A DNA stretch of 64,000 nt from Takakia lepidozioides (taxonomy: Eukaryota; Plantae; Bryophyta). Both the position numbers and the translations under genes were made by a program. This document shows positions 62,101 through 64,000 of this stretch, one piece after another. Where the stretch lies: contig CM060731.1 in assembly GCA_030704615.1 (NCBI GenBank), positions 53,258,001 through 53,322,000 on the forward strand. Reading direction: 5' to 3'. The notes beneath the pieces were generated by a model. That model searched no databases and was not told the DNA's origin. It saw only the letters and a program-made list of their open reading frames with translations. Every line of letters begins with the position of its first letter. Position 1 is the stretch's first letter.

Positions 62101-62805
62101 CAGGCCATCTCGAACCCATCCAGGCCATCTCTTCAAGGGCTTCCCTTGAGCCTGCTAGATGATAGACCCCCATGAATCTCTCTCTACATTCATGGAACAT
62201 AAGGGGTTTGGGCTCTGATTCTGCTGCCCCTAAGAGGAATAGATTAAAAAGATGGTTTGCCTCTCTTCCTCTCTCCAATTTTGTAATCCTCCTACAGGAA
62301 CATAAACTTAATTCATCCAAGGTTTTTGCTCTTGGTAATCAAGTCGCTAGCCTCTCAAGCTTGGTGGAATCCAACTTATGAGGGCTCCCGGGGAGGCTAT
62401 GCTTTTCTGGTCTCTTCCTCCCTTTTGCCTTCTGTCTCCTCAGTTGATTCATGGGTTTTGGGTAGAGTTCAATGTCTTTTCATTAATACTCCTAATCATG
62501 CTGGGATGCTTGGGATTATCAATGTCTATGCTCATAATTCTTCCCTAGACAGAGCCCAGCTCTGGTGCATAATCAGATCTAGGATTTTGGCCTTGCCTCA
62601 TGTTGATCATTGGATCCTTGCAGGGGACTTAAACATGGTTGAAGCCCCTTCAGATAGGTTAGGCCAGGATTCCTCTGTGCTCTCTGTCTCTGAACTTCAT
62701 GAATGGGAAGCACTCATACTCTCGGTTGGTCTTGCAGACAATTATTCTTTCCCCCTCTCTCCCGCTTTTTCCTGGTCCAACAATCGGGCCCCGCCGGATA
62801 GACTG
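59170..62805 (-). mobile_element. L1-clade LINE with inverted 5' segment and deleted RT domain
   Basis: Poly-T tail at about 59172. Minus strand: LDRFYFS..DHAEV, IRNFLWG..VSWSQLCLKIKEGGLGI, CKSCTLGEVETYLHCFISCP. Plus strand 62172-62805: SWNIRGL..LLQEHKL..AGDLNMVE..FSWSNNR (APE endonuclease). Confidence 0.88.
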
Positions 62806-63524
62806 ATGATGATAATTTATAAGTGCATAATTGTATGATTTTTTAATTTTGATTATGGATGAAAGTAAAACTCGCTATTCACTGCACAAACGAGGAGCCA
62901 TTATGCTTGTTATATGTGATTAAGTTAAAAGTTTATAAAGAAGGCTTATGGTTTGTACGTTTGTATGACGGTTTTATTTTATTTTCCTCCTAATAATCCC
63001 AAATAAAGCCTTTAAAAAAAAAATTGAACAGGGGACGTGGCCCTGGATCGAAGCCTCTTTTACTCTTACTTTTATTCTAAAATTATTACCCAAAAAACAA
63101 ATACTGAGGGATGTGGATTTTGTCATCCTTATCTGGGTTGGCGGATCCCACCTAGTGATTGCCAAGGAGAAGAATATGTCACAGCGATGGCCCCACGGCC
63201 GCAGAACTGATTGATTGATGTACGGGGTACCAATGTGCCTTACGCTTCAAGTTTCCAAAACATTATTCTAATTGCACCCCACACTCCCCTCCTCAGATGA
63301 GAGAATTATGACTTAATTCAGATGTTGCTATGCTATTCAGGTTTTGCCGGGGTTGGTGTCATGATAGCATAGCAAGCTCATCGCAAGCACAGATAAAGCC
63401 CATTCCACCAGTATAGGGGTACCTAATATGTTTGAAACAAATATGCAAGTCGCAGACATATGGTCTATTATGTATACATCTACTTATTTATTAGCTCCTC
63501 TTATTCTAAAGAGGAGACCACACA

Positions 63525-63780
63525 CCAGTGTCAAAAATTGCTAAGCCCCTGTTGTGCCTTCCCTGGGTGTCACCTCTTCTCATTTGCTGAAAACTACCTC
63601 CATGATGTGTCTTCTCTAGGTAGGCTAAGACATAACTCATGTAACATCTTTGTTGGCTCGTCTTTAGAATAAAGAGAAGACTATGCACTGGTGTCAAAAA
63701 TTGCTAAGCCCAGTGCCTTCCCACGGGTCACCTCCTCCCCCTTTGTTTAAACTTGTTCATGATGTGCCTTCTCCAGGTAA
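63525..63780 (+). repeat. Imperfect ~100-bp direct repeat
   Basis: gtgtcaaaaattgctaagccc..gtgccttccc..gtcacctc..catgatgtg occurs twice. Confidence 0.7.
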
Positions 63781-64000
63781 CACCTCTCTCATATCTATTG
63801 TATTGAACAGAAAGAAATGGATGAATTTTCAAGTTTATTATGGATGGAAGTAGATTTCATTATTCACAAAGAGGAGCCATATGCGACTAGCCTCTTGTTA
63901 TTGAACAACTTATGTGAATTAAATGGATCAAGTTTAGTGTAGTACTGTTAACACAAAACAGTTGCAATTTCTAACATTAGCACACATTTTTGTTTCGCCA

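Overview
Eukaryotic nuclear DNA from a land plant, most likely a non-seed plant such as a bryophyte (inferred from a microbial-type terpene synthase remnant and highly uniform PLS-PPR repeats). Three spliced genes look intact: a CYP71-clan cytochrome P450 (minus, 3 exons, ~539 aa), an organellar ribosomal protein bL25/CTC (minus, 3 exons, ~321 aa) and a DRS1/DDX27-type DEAD-box helicase (plus, ~20 exons). The rest is transposons and pseudogenes: a ~14 kb CACTA element containing nested LTR, chromovirus, SWIM and LINE pieces; a decayed two-gene PIF/Harbinger element between the divergent bL25 and DDX27 promoters; L1-type LINE remnants; Tourist and other MITEs; tRNA-derived SINEs; a PTI1-kinase 3' fragment; and two decayed, oppositely oriented copies of a PLS-PPR gene, one ending in DYW. 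The main leads are: (1) both PPR copies carry OSB-type 'PDF' ssDNA-binding motifs upstream of the PPR tract, suggesting a PDF-PPR-DYW fusion family; (2) a microbial-type terpene synthase pseudogene lies head-to-head with the P450; (3) the CACTA TnpA-like gene embeds an FCP1/HAD phosphatase-like domain; (4) a perfect 96-bp palindrome and a twin-priming-style LINE inversion. All family assignments come from motif recognition by eye; no searches were run.
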